This document shows, in pieces, positions 1 through 9,833 of a stretch of DNA of 64,000 nt; position 1 is the stretch's first letter; each line of letters opens with the position of its first letter. This stretch comes from Treponemataceae bacterium. Its GTDB lineage: Bacteria; Spirochaetota; Spirochaetia; Treponematales; Rectinemataceae. The notes beneath the pieces are model-generated. The model saw only the letters and a program-made list of their open reading frames with translations. It was not told where the DNA came from and made no database searches. A program made the position numbers and the translations under genes. Location of the stretch: assembly GCA_963677895.2 (NCBI GenBank), contig CAXXGJ010000025.1:128001-192000 (forward strand), in the 5' to 3' direction.

Positions 1-67
1 GTCGGCGGCGAGCGATTACGTGAACGGATACACGGTCGCCGTGGACGGAGGCTGGCTGGCGCGTTGA
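1..67 (+). CDS. kduD: 3' end of 2-deoxy-D-gluconate 3-dehydrogenase (SDR), truncated by the window edge
   Basis: Frame 2 reads SAASDYVNGYTVAVDGGWLAR*, the characteristic KduD C-terminus; pectin-catabolism context. Confidence 0.85.
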   Translation, partial: SAASDYVNGYTVAVDGGWLAR

Positions 68-114
68 ACGAGGTTGGCTGACGCGCCGAACGAGGCGCGA
101 TAGGAGGTGGTTCC

Positions 115-573
115 ATGATTGCGACAAACCTGAGGAATATCGGACGCTACAAGGGCTTGGGCGACAACCTCGACGAAGCCATCGACTGGCTATCGGGGAG
201 CGACTGGAAAAACCTGCCCGACGGGAAACATGAGATAAACGGCGAAAATGTCTACGCCATCGTCTCGCGCTATCCTTCGAAACCCGCCGATGCCTGCCGC
301 TTCGAGACGCACCGCCAATACATCGACATCCAGCTGGTCGCATCGGGCGCCGAACTCATCGAGGTGAGAACGGCCGAGGGACTGAAAGTGGCGGAACCCT
401 ACAAGCCCGACATCGAGTTCTACGCCGCGCCAGAAGCGGGATCGTACGATACGCTGCTGATGGTGCCGGGAGCGGTGGCCATACTCTTTCCCGAGGATGC
501 CCATCGCCCCTGCATAGCGATCGAGGGCGTTCCGATAGCGATACATAAAGTGGTGATAAAAGTAGCCATCTGA
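115..573 (+). CDS. YhcH/YjgK/YiaL family protein
   Basis: FETHRQYIDIQ and FPEDAHRP motifs; GGAGG RBS. Confidence 0.9.
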   Translation: MIATNLRNIGRYKGLGDNLDEAIDWLSGSDWKNLPDGKHEINGENVYAIVSRYPSKPADACRFETHRQYIDIQLVASGAELIEVRTAEGLKVAEPYKPDIEFYAAPEAGSYDTLLMVPGAVAILFPEDAHRPCIAIEGVPIAIHKVVIKVAI

Positions 574-601
574 AGAAATTTCTGCAAGGAGAAACGCGAC
601 G

Positions 602-1639
602 ATGAATGTAGTGACCTTCGGGGAAATAATGCTCAGGCTCAAGTCGCCGGGACAGGAAAGGCTTTTCCAGTCTCCGTTCATGGAAGCCACCTTCGGCGGA
701 AGCGAAGGCAACGTGGCCGTGGCCCTCGCGAGGATGGGACAGCCGGCCAGCTTCGCCACGGTGCTTCCCGACAACCAGATCGGCAGGGAATGCGTGAGGG
801 AACTGCGCTATCACGGCGTGGATGTCTCCCTCATAAAATTCAAGCCGGGACGCATGGGCATTTATTTCTTCGAAAACGGAGCCAATCAGCGACCGTCCAA
901 CGTCATCTATGACAGGGCCGGATCGGCGATCGCCGAGATCGAGCCGGGCGACATCGACTGGGCGGCGGCCTTCGCGGGAGCCGGATGGTTCCACCTCTCG
1001 GGCATCACGCCGGCTATCTCCAGGAAATCGGCCGACGCCTCCATAGCGGCGGCGAAGGCCGCGCGCGAGGCTGGACTCACGGTTTCCTTCGATCTCAATT
1101 TCCGCGCGAAGCTCTGGAAATATGGGGCCAAGGCCAAGGACGTCATGTCCGAAATCGCGGCCTACGCCGACGTCCTCATCGGGAATGAGGAGGATTACCA
1201 GAAATCGCTCGGAATCGAGGGGCCGGCGAGCGCGGGCGCGGGCGCGATAGATACCGCCGAGTATTCCGCGATGTGCGCTCGAGCTCTCGCTAAGTTTCCC
1301 GCGGCGAAATACGCCGCCGTGACGTTGCGCGAAAGCCATTCAGCCGACAGCAACGACTGGTCGGCGATGCTCGCTTCGCGTGAAAGCGCGCGCGAAGGCG
1401 CGATGGTTTCAAGACGTTATGCGATAACTGATATCGTCGACAGGGTGGGCGCCGGCGACAGCTTCTCCGCCGGACTCATCTACGGACTCATCCAGTACGG
1501 CGAGCCGAGGCAGGCCCTCGAATACGCGGTCGCCCTCTCCTGTCTCAAGCATTCCATGTCGGGCGATTTCGCCCTCATCGAACCGGGCGAAGTGCAGAAG
1601 CTCTTGGGTGGCGACGCTTCGGGACGAGTCCAGCGTTGA
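602..1639 (+). CDS. kdgK: PfkB-family sugar kinase, likely 2-dehydro-3-deoxygluconokinase
   Basis: VVTFGEIMLRL N-terminus, DLNFRAKLW, DRVGAGDSFSAG, C-terminal SGRVQR. Confidence 0.85.
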   Translation: MNVVTFGEIMLRLKSPGQERLFQSPFMEATFGGSEGNVAVALARMGQPASFATVLPDNQIGRECVRELRYHGVDVSLIKFKPGRMGIYFFENGANQRPSNVIYDRAGSAIAEIEPGDIDWAAAFAGAGWFHLSGITPAISRKSADASIAAAKAAREAGLTVSFDLNFRAKLWKYGAKAKDVMSEIAAYADVLIGNEEDYQKSLGIEGPASAGAGAIDTAEYSAMCARALAKFPAAKYAAVTLRESHSADSNDWSAMLASRESAREGAMVSRRYAITDIVDRVGAGDSFSAGLIYGLIQYGEPRQALEYAVALSCLKHSMSGDFALIEPGEVQKLLGGDASGRVQR

Positions 1640-2677
1640 ATGCCGCGGTTTAGGGTAGCGAAGGAAGGACCGGCCGACTTCAGGACGATTTCGGAGGCCC
1701 TGGCCGCGATGGCCGCCGTCGAAGCCGATGCTTGCGGCGCCGAAGCCGGCCATCGCGGCGCCGATGCGGCCGTGATTTCCATCGCCGCCGGAATCTATCG
1801 CGAAAAATTGAGAATCGAGCGCCCGGGAGTAACCCTGATCGGCGAGGGGCGCGACTCGACGATCATAAGCTGGGACGATCACGCCACAAAACCTCTCCCC
1901 TCCGGCGAGCCGATGCGTACCTTCAATTCTTATACGCTCTATGTCGGATCCGCGGATTTCCAGGCGCGCGACCTTTGCGTGGAAAATTCGGCGGGCGACG
2001 GAAGAGCGGTGGGACAGGCGGTGGCCTGTTACGTCGACGCCGACAGGGCGGCATTTTACGGATGCGAATTCCTCGCGCGTCAGGACACCCTCTGCCTTGG
2101 CCCTTTGCCCGCCAATCCCCTCCCCAAGGGTTTGAACACGCTCCATCCCGTCGCGATAGCCAAGGCGGGCGACGAGTCACGGCCTTTCAGGCACTATTTC
2201 AGGAACTGCCGTATCGAGGGCGACATCGACTTCATCTTCGGGTCGGCCGCTGCCCTCTTCGAAGATTGCGACATAATCAGCCTGGAGCGAGGGGAGACGG
2301 TGAACGGCTATGTGACGGCGCCGTCGACACTTCCGGGCCAGCGCCATGGTTTCGTCTTCCTGGATTGCAGGCTGGGCGGAAACGCGGCCAAGGGCAGCGT
2401 GTTTTTGGGACGCCCCTGGCGCGCCTCGGCCAAGGCGGCCTTTCTGCGCTGCGAACTGGGCGGACACATAGCCGGATACGGATGGGACAACTGGGACAAC
2501 CCAGCCAACGAGCGCAGCGCCGAGTTCGCGGAGTTCGGCAATCGGGGCGAGGGAGCCGCCGGCGAGCGCGCGGCCTGGTCCCTCAAACTGGATGAAAAAA
2601 GCGCCGGCGGCTTTACGCCTCAGGCCATACTTTCAGGCGCTGACGGCTGGAGTCCTTGGGCTGGATCCCCGGACTAG
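1640..2677 (+). CDS. Pectin methylesterase (CE8), no signal peptide
   Basis: GIYREK, GQAVA, QDTL, IEGDIDFIFG and LGRPW motifs. Confidence 0.9.
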   Translation: MPRFRVAKEGPADFRTISEALAAMAAVEADACGAEAGHRGADAAVISIAAGIYREKLRIERPGVTLIGEGRDSTIISWDDHATKPLPSGEPMRTFNSYTLYVGSADFQARDLCVENSAGDGRAVGQAVACYVDADRAAFYGCEFLARQDTLCLGPLPANPLPKGLNTLHPVAIAKAGDESRPFRHYFRNCRIEGDIDFIFGSAAALFEDCDIISLERGETVNGYVTAPSTLPGQRHGFVFLDCRLGGNAAKGSVFLGRPWRASAKAAFLRCELGGHIAGYGWDNWDNPANERSAEFAEFGNRGEGAAGERAAWSLKLDEKSAGGFTPQAILSGADGWSPWAGSPD

Positions 2678-4122
2678 ATCCCTGAGCCGGATTTCGTGGC
2701 CGACAGAGGCTGCGCGGGCGTTATCGCGCATCCTTCCTCGACTTGAATGCCGCAGCCGCCGCAGTTATGAATCTGGACGCCGCTGAGTGAACAATCAACA
2801 TTTTTCAGCCTCAAGCCCCTGTGGGTCGTTTCCTCGAGCCCCTGGTACATTTCCGATTGACTCACCGGCACGAGATTGTCGCCGGCCATGGAAATCACGC
2901 AGTTCTCCAATATGAGATTGCCAATTCTCGATTCGGGAAGACCGACAATGAAGCCAGCCGAAGCCCGGCATTCGGAAGCCACGAGATTCGCCACCTTGAT
3001 ATTCCGGAATTGAGGAGTCAGGGGCGAAACCTCTTGGGGGAATTTAGAGAAAAGCGCGGGGGCATCTTCGGCTTGCGCCCCGCAGTTGTAGTAAAGATTG
3101 ACGGTGAGGGGAGCGAGGACTCTTTCCATCACAAGGTTCTGGAACAGCAAATTCTGGACCTTGCCGCCCCTTCCCCTTCGGCTCTTAATGCGTATGCCGC
3201 GGTCCGTTCCTATGAAGCGGCAATTGCTTACATCCACATTCTCGATGCCGCCGGCCGTTTCGCTTCCTATCACCACCCCGCCATGGCCGCTCAGGAAGGT
3301 GCATCCGGAAATCTTGACATTGCGCGTCGGCCGGTTTTCCGCCAGGCCCTGGGGACCCGCTCCCGCCTTGAGGGCGAGGCAGTCGTCGCCCACGTTCACG
3401 ACGCAGTCGACGATGGTTATGTCGGAACAGGAATCTATGTCGATGCCATCGGTATTCGGGGCATCGCTGGGATTCTCGATCCTGACGTTGTCTATGAGAA
3501 TCCTGCTGGAAAAAACGGGGTGCAGCGTCCAGAACGGCGAATTTCTGAGCGTCACGCCTCGAAGCGTCACGCCCTCGCAGGAGAGGAATTGGACGAGAGG
3601 GGGTCTGAGGAACTGGGTCTCGCGGCCTCCTCCGCCTGAGGGTTGGTTCAACCCCAGGCGGTTGAGGGCTCCAAGTCTTTTTTCGATGGCGCTGACCGGC
3701 CCCGCCTGTTTCTCCGCTTTCTTTCTGCGATGGGTTTCCCACCAGGTTTTCCCGTTTCCGTCTATGACGCCCTCGCCGATGATCGCCACGTTCCTGGCGT
3801 TCTTCGCGAAGACGAGAGGATGCATGGCGTGGCAGACGATGCCTTCCCAGCGCGTCTCGACAGGTTCGTAGCGTTCGGGATCGTCGATGAAAAGAAGGGT
3901 CGCACCTCTCGCCAGCTCCAGGGTCGTATTGTCCGGAAGTTCGATCGGCCCCGTGAGGAAGGTGCCTGCCGGCACGAGGATGTGGCCTTCGCCCTTTTCG
4001 CGGATGCCGGCGAGCAGCCGGGAAAAAACGGGCGAACAGTCCACCAGCCCGCCTGGTTCCGCGCCGAAATCCATTATGTTGTCGCTGGGAATCATAGACT
4101 TGAATTGTCGTTCTAATCCCAT
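2674..4122 (-). CDS. Glycoside hydrolase family 28 (polygalacturonase); start may be at 4095
   Basis: NTDGID, GDDC, GHGG-x-x-IGSE and GIRIK catalytic motifs. Confidence 0.92.
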   Translation of the reverse strand: MGLERQFKSMIPSDNIMDFGAEPGGLVDCSPVFSRLLAGIREKGEGHILVPAGTFLTGPIELPDNTTLELARGATLLFIDDPERYEPVETRWEGIVCHAMHPLVFAKNARNVAIIGEGVIDGNGKTWWETHRRKKAEKQAGPVSAIEKRLGALNRLGLNQPSGGGGRETQFLRPPLVQFLSCEGVTLRGVTLRNSPFWTLHPVFSSRILIDNVRIENPSDAPNTDGIDIDSCSDITIVDCVVNVGDDCLALKAGAGPQGLAENRPTRNVKISGCTFLSGHGGVVIGSETAGGIENVDVSNCRFIGTDRGIRIKSRRGRGGKVQNLLFQNLVMERVLAPLTVNLYYNCGAQAEDAPALFSKFPQEVSPLTPQFRNIKVANLVASECRASAGFIVGLPESRIGNLILENCVISMAGDNLVPVSQSEMYQGLEETTHRGLRLKNVDCSLSGVQIHNCGGCGIQVEEGCAITPAQPLSATKSGSGI

Positions 4123-4196
4123 GAACTGACAATTGTCTTTAATGGTGTCTTTTTGGATTTTTCTGATATCCAGCTATCGAGAATCGTGAATTTCCA

Positions 4197-7100
4197 TTGA
4201 CATATCTCCCCACTGGCCCGAAAATGAGAAAAAAGCGGCACGTCGGCATGCGCGGAGGAGAAGAGCCTATTCGCCCCGGAAAAGATTCCAAAAACAGAAA
4301 ACGCATCGCCTTCCTTCTCGCTTCCATCCACAGCGGGTCATCCACGAAGGTCTGGCCCGAAATTCTCGCCGAAAGCAAAAAACATCAGTGCACACTCTTC
4401 GTTTTTCCCGGCGGAAGACTTGCCAGCCATGATGAATTCGAATACATGAGGAACGGCATTTTCGGCCTGGTTGGCGCCCAGAGCTTCGACGGGGCCATAA
4501 GCTGGGCTTCTTCACTGAGCGGATTCGCTTCTGAAAAGCAGGTGGAGGATTTCCTGCTTTCCCATATCGACATGCCCCTCGTCACCTTCGGGCTCAAGAT
4601 CAGGGACACTCCCGTCGTCAACATAGACACCTACGCGGGCATGAAACAGCTCGTCTTTCATTTGGCCAAGCGGCATAAATGCGAAAGGATCGCGTATGTC
4701 GGGGGCCCCCGCGCCCATTCCTCGGCCGAGGACCGCTACAGGGCCTACCGCGACGCGCTCGGGGAACTGGGGCTGCGCTTCGACCCAAACTTGGCTTCTC
4801 TCGACAATTCATGGACCGAAGGACGAAAGGCCATGCTCGATCTTCTCGACGGGAGGAAGCTGAAACCGGGCACCGATTTCGACGCGCTCTGCGCCGCCAG
4901 CGATCTTTTGGCCTTCGAAGCCGCCGAGCTCCTTCAGGAGCGAGGATTCAGGATACCGGCTGACATCGCTCTGGGCGGTTTCAACGATACGGACGAGAGC
5001 AATCTTTTCTCGCCTACCTATACGACGGTGCGAATGCCTTTCGAGCGGCAGGCTCCGCAGGCTTTCCATATGCTGCTCGACAGGCTGGACGGGAAAAATC
5101 CGGCCGACAAGGTGCTGAAGACAAAACTTGTCATAAGGCAATCCTGCGGATGTCTCACCGAATCGGTTCACCTGGCGGGGATGACCGCATCTTCCCGCTG
5201 GAAAGGAATGGCGGCGGATGCCGCCGCCGCGTCCGAAGCCGAAATCCTTCATTTCGTTGCCAGCGTCGCGGGTTTTACGCCCGAAGAATCTTCGCTGTAC
5301 CTCGAGCCCATAGTATCCAGTTTTCTCGCCTGCCTGTCCGGCAGATCGAGAGGACGCTTTCTCAATACCCTCGACACCATCCTGAACGGTTTCATTTTCC
5401 GGGACGGGGATATAGAGACATTCCAGGATATCCTTTCGGCGCTGAGAATCAGCTGCAGAAGCCGGACGGCTTCGCCCGCGTCGGAGGCCATGTTCGAAAC
5501 GCTTCTCAGCCAGGGGAGGGTTCTCGTATCGGACGCCGAAAAACGGATAAGCAACTATAGGGCATGGAAGGAAAAAGAGTTCGACCATTGGCTCTATATC
5601 CTCAACCACGAACTGCTTTGCGCCAAGGATTTCGAGGCCATCGTGAGTATAGCCGGCCGCTGTCTCCCCAAACTGAATATCCAATCCGGCTTTTTCGTGC
5701 TGAACGGGAAAGATCCCGCTCACAGGATCTTCGCCGGAGGCTTCGACGCGACGGGAAGCCACGACGGCGGCGCGAAGATCCTGGAGCCGAAAGCCAACAG
5801 AAGGCTTTTCCCCTCGAGCCAGATTCTGCCGGAGGATATATATCCAGTCGGCAAGGGAGCCTATATCGTCCTCCCTCTCTATTATGAATCGACCTCGCTC
5901 GGCTATGTGATTCTGCGGCTCGAGAAGAGCGACGCCTATATTTTCGAGGAACTGCGCGCCATGTTTTCCTCGGCGATGCGGGGAGTCCTTCTTTTCGAGC
6001 AGGTGAACGAGGCGCGCAAAAGAGCGGAGAAAGCCGAAAAGATGAAGACGGAGTTCCTGGCGGGCATATCGGGAGAACTCCAGGAGCCCATGGGTTTCAT
6101 CTACGGCGCCGCGACCCGGCTTCTGGCGGACGCGAAGCCCGAACAGAGGGAGGATCTGGAAGCCATAGCTTCCTATTCAGCCCGTCAAATGGAACTCACG
6201 CGACATCTTCTGGATTTATCGCTGGCGCAGGTGGACGATCTCGCCTTGCACAGTTCGCTTTTCGACCCGCGATCTTTTATGGAAGGCTTCGCGGCGGCAT
6301 CGAGGGTCCAACAGCGAAGGAAAAAATGGGGTCCCGTCGGCATCTCGCCACCGGCGGGCAGCTCGCCACCGATAGGTGGCGAGCCACTGGTAAGTGGCGT
6401 TCCGCTCGCCTGGGGCGATGTCGCTCGCGTCGCGCAAGTCCTGGAAATCTTCCTCGACTGCCTTTTCCGCGATCTGGGGACTCCAAGCGTCGAAATTGTC
6501 CTTGGGATTTCGCCTTCCGGCATAGGATTCAAGATCGGCGGAGGCCCGAGCGGCGAGCGCGCCGCCCGGAACCTCGACGAGCTGCGCAGCCTCCTGGAAG
6601 CAGGTCCCGGAATCGCCTCGATGGAAAGGATGAAGATAGAATTGGAGCTCGCCAAACGCATTGCTTTCCTCCATGGAGGCAGCCTGCGATGCGAGGGAGA
6701 CGCCGAAGCTTTCAGCCTCGAACTTTGTCTGCCCTATCCATCCATGGAACCCTCGGCGCAGCGCGACGCGTCCGATCGCTGGAGCGCCGCCGTCGCGGCA
6801 TCAGGCACCATTGGGGTTCTCGGCGGGCGGCTTCCGGCCCCGCTGCTGGCCCTTTTCCCGGGATGGACGGCAAAAAAAATCGGCATCGCCGAAGCCGGCG
6901 GCTCGATGGTCCAAGCCGAGGCAATCTCCCTTCTCTACATCGACCCGACTTCCATGCAAGGAGAGGAGGCGGCGGCCGCCGGCCTTCTCCTCGACAACGG
7001 CGCCTTCCGAAGAGTGGGTTGTTATGTTCCCGCCTCAAGCTTCGCGTCCATTCCGGCATCCTGGGAAACGAATTCCGCGGCCGACAGTCCTTCCCTCGGC

Positions 7101-7871
7101 GATTTTCTCCTGCGCTTCGTTCCCGCAAAAGCATCCAACACCGTTCTCGTCCTGGGGGCTGCCGAACGCGGCGAAGATCCGGCCGGAAGCTGGGCGATCA
7201 GCCTGGCGGCATCCTCGGCGGAAGAAGCGCCGAGACTCCTGCGTTGCCGGGATCCGGAAGAACTCGAGCTTCTCGCGGAGCGTGAACCGCCTTGCCTCCT
7301 CATCCTTTTAGGCCAGAAAAGCGAATTCATCGGCGCCATCGCGGATTCTCCCGCCCTCGCCAACATTCCCCTGCTCTGCGTCGCGGCGAGATTCGACGAC
7401 GCTTCCTTCGAAAAGCTCATCGCCGATAGGCCCAGGACGATTATCTGCAATTCCGGCGATGTTTTCCGCGACGTTATCGCTTCCATCGCGGGCCGCTTGC
7501 CCGGTGGGGAGGAGCTCCTACCCGCGCCGACGGGCGCCATAATCATGAAGGCGATCGTTTTCCTCAACCGATATTTCCGCGAACAGGTTTCGCGCTGGAA
7601 GCTCTCCGAATACGTGAACGCGAGCGAAGACTATCTCTCGAGAATATTCCATAAACAGATGGGAATCCCGCTGTGGGAATACCTGAACAGGCTCCGAATC
7701 GGCTACGCGATTGAGCTTCTGAAGAGTTCGGCCGAGAGCGTCGCGGAGGTGGCCTCCAGGTCGGGATTCCAGGATCAGGCGTATTTCTGCCGCGTCTTCA
7801 GGAGGATTACCGGCGCGACGCCGGGAGCCATTCGAAAAGAATCGGGAAGCAATGTCAGAATAGTACAATAA
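4197..7871 (+). CDS. Hybrid regulator: LacI-type sugar-binding domain, degenerate HisKA/HATPase, degenerate receiver, C-terminal AraC HTH
   Basis: RIPADIALGGFND and KLVIRQSCGC (LacI core); KTEFLAGISGELQEPM (H-box without His); SGFQDQAYFCRVFRRITGATP (AraC). Confidence 0.82.
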   Translation: MTYLPTGPKMRKKRHVGMRGGEEPIRPGKDSKNRKRIAFLLASIHSGSSTKVWPEILAESKKHQCTLFVFPGGRLASHDEFEYMRNGIFGLVGAQSFDGAISWASSLSGFASEKQVEDFLLSHIDMPLVTFGLKIRDTPVVNIDTYAGMKQLVFHLAKRHKCERIAYVGGPRAHSSAEDRYRAYRDALGELGLRFDPNLASLDNSWTEGRKAMLDLLDGRKLKPGTDFDALCAASDLLAFEAAELLQERGFRIPADIALGGFNDTDESNLFSPTYTTVRMPFERQAPQAFHMLLDRLDGKNPADKVLKTKLVIRQSCGCLTESVHLAGMTASSRWKGMAADAAAASEAEILHFVASVAGFTPEESSLYLEPIVSSFLACLSGRSRGRFLNTLDTILNGFIFRDGDIETFQDILSALRISCRSRTASPASEAMFETLLSQGRVLVSDAEKRISNYRAWKEKEFDHWLYILNHELLCAKDFEAIVSIAGRCLPKLNIQSGFFVLNGKDPAHRIFAGGFDATGSHDGGAKILEPKANRRLFPSSQILPEDIYPVGKGAYIVLPLYYESTSLGYVILRLEKSDAYIFEELRAMFSSAMRGVLLFEQVNEARKRAEKAEKMKTEFLAGISGELQEPMGFIYGAATRLLADAKPEQREDLEAIASYSARQMELTRHLLDLSLAQVDDLALHSSLFDPRSFMEGFAAASRVQQRRKKWGPVGISPPAGSSPPIGGEPLVSGVPLAWGDVARVAQVLEIFLDCLFRDLGTPSVEIVLGISPSGIGFKIGGGPSGERAARNLDELRSLLEAGPGIASMERMKIELELAKRIAFLHGGSLRCEGDAEAFSLELCLPYPSMEPSAQRDASDRWSAAVAASGTIGVLGGRLPAPLLALFPGWTAKKIGIAEAGGSMVQAEAISLLYIDPTSMQGEEAAAAGLLLDNGAFRRVGCYVPASSFASIPASWETNSAADSPSLGDFLLRFVPAKASNTVLVLGAAERGEDPAGSWAISLAASSAEEAPRLLRCRDPEELELLAEREPPCLLILLGQKSEFIGAIADSPALANIPLLCVAARFDDASFEKLIADRPRTIICNSGDVFRDVIASIAGRLPGGEELLPAPTGAIIMKAIVFLNRYFREQVSRWKLSEYVNASEDYLSRIFHKQMGIPLWEYLNRLRIGYAIELLKSSAESVAEVASRSGFQDQAYFCRVFRRITGATPGAIRKESGSNVRIVQ

Positions 7872-7904
7872 TCCGACTGAAAATTTGCAAAATCATACTA
7901 TACT

Positions 7905-8879
7905 ATGATTGGTGGTAACAGTATGACATCACCAACGACAACCATCGCTTCTGCCCGCGCGGGCAGGACAGGCGGCAGTGGCCTCTGGAAGAGCATCAAG
8001 CGCCACAAATCGGTCTACCTGCTGGCCTCCATCTCCTTTACTTACTTCATCATCTTCAAGTATGTTCCCATCTGGAACGCGCAGATAGCCTTCAAGGATT
8101 TCATGGCCCTCGACGGCGTCCTGGGAAGCCCCTGGGTCGGCCTCCAGAACTTCAAGGATTTCGTCAATTCCTACTATTTCTGGGAACTCATACGCAACAC
8201 GGTGATGTACAGCATCGGCAAGATGATCTTCTCCATTCCCGCCGCGATTTTCCTGTCGGTGACCCTCTACGAGTGCCGCGTCTATTTCCTGCGCAAGTCG
8301 GTACAGACCCTCGCCTACCTGCCCCACTTCCTTTCCTGGGTCATAATGTACGCCATCCTTCTCGCCATCCTTTCGCCCTCGAACGGCATCGTCAACGACG
8401 TCATCAAGCTCTTCGGCGGCGAGCCGATATCCTTCCTCACCGACGCGAAGGCCTTCCCGTGGATCGTCATCCTCTCGGACATGTGGAAGGAAATGGGCTG
8501 GAGCGCCATCATCTTCCTCGCGGCGCTTATGGGCATCGATCCTTCGCTCTTCGAAGCCGCCACCGTCGAAGGCGCCAGCGCCTGGCAGCGCGTGCGCTAT
8601 ATCACCCTGCCCTCGATCCGCCCCGTCATCGTGATGGTTTTCCTCCTGAGGCTGGGAACCATACTGGACGCCGGCTTCAACCAGATATTCATGCTCTATT
8701 CGCTGCCCGTATACAGCGTGGCCGACATCATCGACACATGGATATACCGCCAGGGGCTCCTGGAATTCCGCTTCGGGCTGGCGACGGCAGTAGGTCTCTT
8801 CAAAGGAGTGTTCGGCCTCATTCTCATCGTGGTTTCCAACAGGCTTATCCGCAAACACACCGATTCCGGGTTGTACTAA
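7905..8879 (+). CDS. Carbohydrate ABC transporter permease (LplB/YteP-like)
   Basis: SPWVGLQNF, YLPHFLSWV, EAA loop LFEAATVEGAS. Confidence 0.9.
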   Translation: MIGGNSMTSPTTTIASARAGRTGGSGLWKSIKRHKSVYLLASISFTYFIIFKYVPIWNAQIAFKDFMALDGVLGSPWVGLQNFKDFVNSYYFWELIRNTVMYSIGKMIFSIPAAIFLSVTLYECRVYFLRKSVQTLAYLPHFLSWVIMYAILLAILSPSNGIVNDVIKLFGGEPISFLTDAKAFPWIVILSDMWKEMGWSAIIFLAALMGIDPSLFEAATVEGASAWQRVRYITLPSIRPVIVMVFLLRLGTILDAGFNQIFMLYSLPVYSVADIIDTWIYRQGLLEFRFGLATAVGLFKGVFGLILIVVSNRLIRKHTDSGLY

Positions 8880-8893
8880 TGAGGTATGGAAAC

Positions 8894-9778
8894 ATGAAAA
8901 GCAGCATCCGACTGACAAATAGCGATAAATTCTTCCACTTCCTCGTCAATACGAGTCTTTTCGTCATTCTCGCGATTTTCGTGATACCTATATGGAGCAC
9001 GATAACCCTTTCATTCCGCCCCAACACCTTCATCGGATCGGCGCTGGACGGCATGCTCCTGGCGCCCTGGAAATGGTCGACATCGGCCTACGAAGCCCTC
9101 CTCGGCCACAGGGCCTTCCTGACCTCGACCTTCAACAGCTTCCGCATATTCTTTCAGGGTGTGGCCACCGCACTTTTCCTCACGGTGCCCCTCGCCTACA
9201 TACTGTCGATCAAGACCCTGCCGGGGCGCAAGATTCTCTACGGCATCGTCATCATCCCCTATCTTTTCAATGTGGGACTCATCCCCAACTACCTACTCGT
9301 GGCCAAGCTCGGCCTCATGGACAAGCTGGCCGCCGTCTACCTGCCGGGGGCTATCAGCGTCTACAACACCCTCATCATGAAGAGCTTCTTCGAGGGAATC
9401 CCCGATGAGCTCAAGGAATCGGCGCGCATCGACGGGGCTTCGGAGATCACTGTTCTCTTGCGGATCATCCTCCCCCTCTCCAAGCCCATACTCCTGACGA
9501 TAGGCCTCTATTATGGGGTGCATTTCTGGAACGATTTCTTCAACGCCATGCTCTACCTCAACGACAGCGCCCTCCAGCCCCTCCCCATCCTCCTGCGCAA
9601 CATTCTCCTGTCCTCGGGGATGAACGAATATGTCGAAGTGAACGCCTTCGGCGAGGCGCCCATCGCCGCCATCAAGGCCGCCAGCGTACTTTTAGCGGCG
9701 ATTCCCATGCTCATCGCCTATCCCTTTATCCAGCGTTATTTCGTAAAAGGGACGATGCTGGGAAGCGTGAAGGGCTGA
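8894..9778 (+). CDS. Carbohydrate ABC transporter permease 2
   Basis: C-terminal part of ORF 8273..9778; ATG at 8894 after GAGG; ESARIDGA loop, YPFIQRYFVKGTMLGSVKG. Confidence 0.9.
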   Translation: MKSSIRLTNSDKFFHFLVNTSLFVILAIFVIPIWSTITLSFRPNTFIGSALDGMLLAPWKWSTSAYEALLGHRAFLTSTFNSFRIFFQGVATALFLTVPLAYILSIKTLPGRKILYGIVIIPYLFNVGLIPNYLLVAKLGLMDKLAAVYLPGAISVYNTLIMKSFFEGIPDELKESARIDGASEITVLLRIILPLSKPILLTIGLYYGVHFWNDFFNAMLYLNDSALQPLPILLRNILLSSGMNEYVEVNAFGEAPIAAIKAASVLLAAIPMLIAYPFIQRYFVKGTMLGSVKG

Positions 9779-9833
9779 ATCGGGTTCCATATCGGGGCTT
9801 TTGTCCCCGTCGCGATAGATCAAGGAGGTTTCC

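Noticed and set aside
8273..8893. N-terminal extensions of ORFs 8273..9778 and 40810..41973
   Set aside because: They overlap real upstream genes in another frame; better starts at 8894 and 41557
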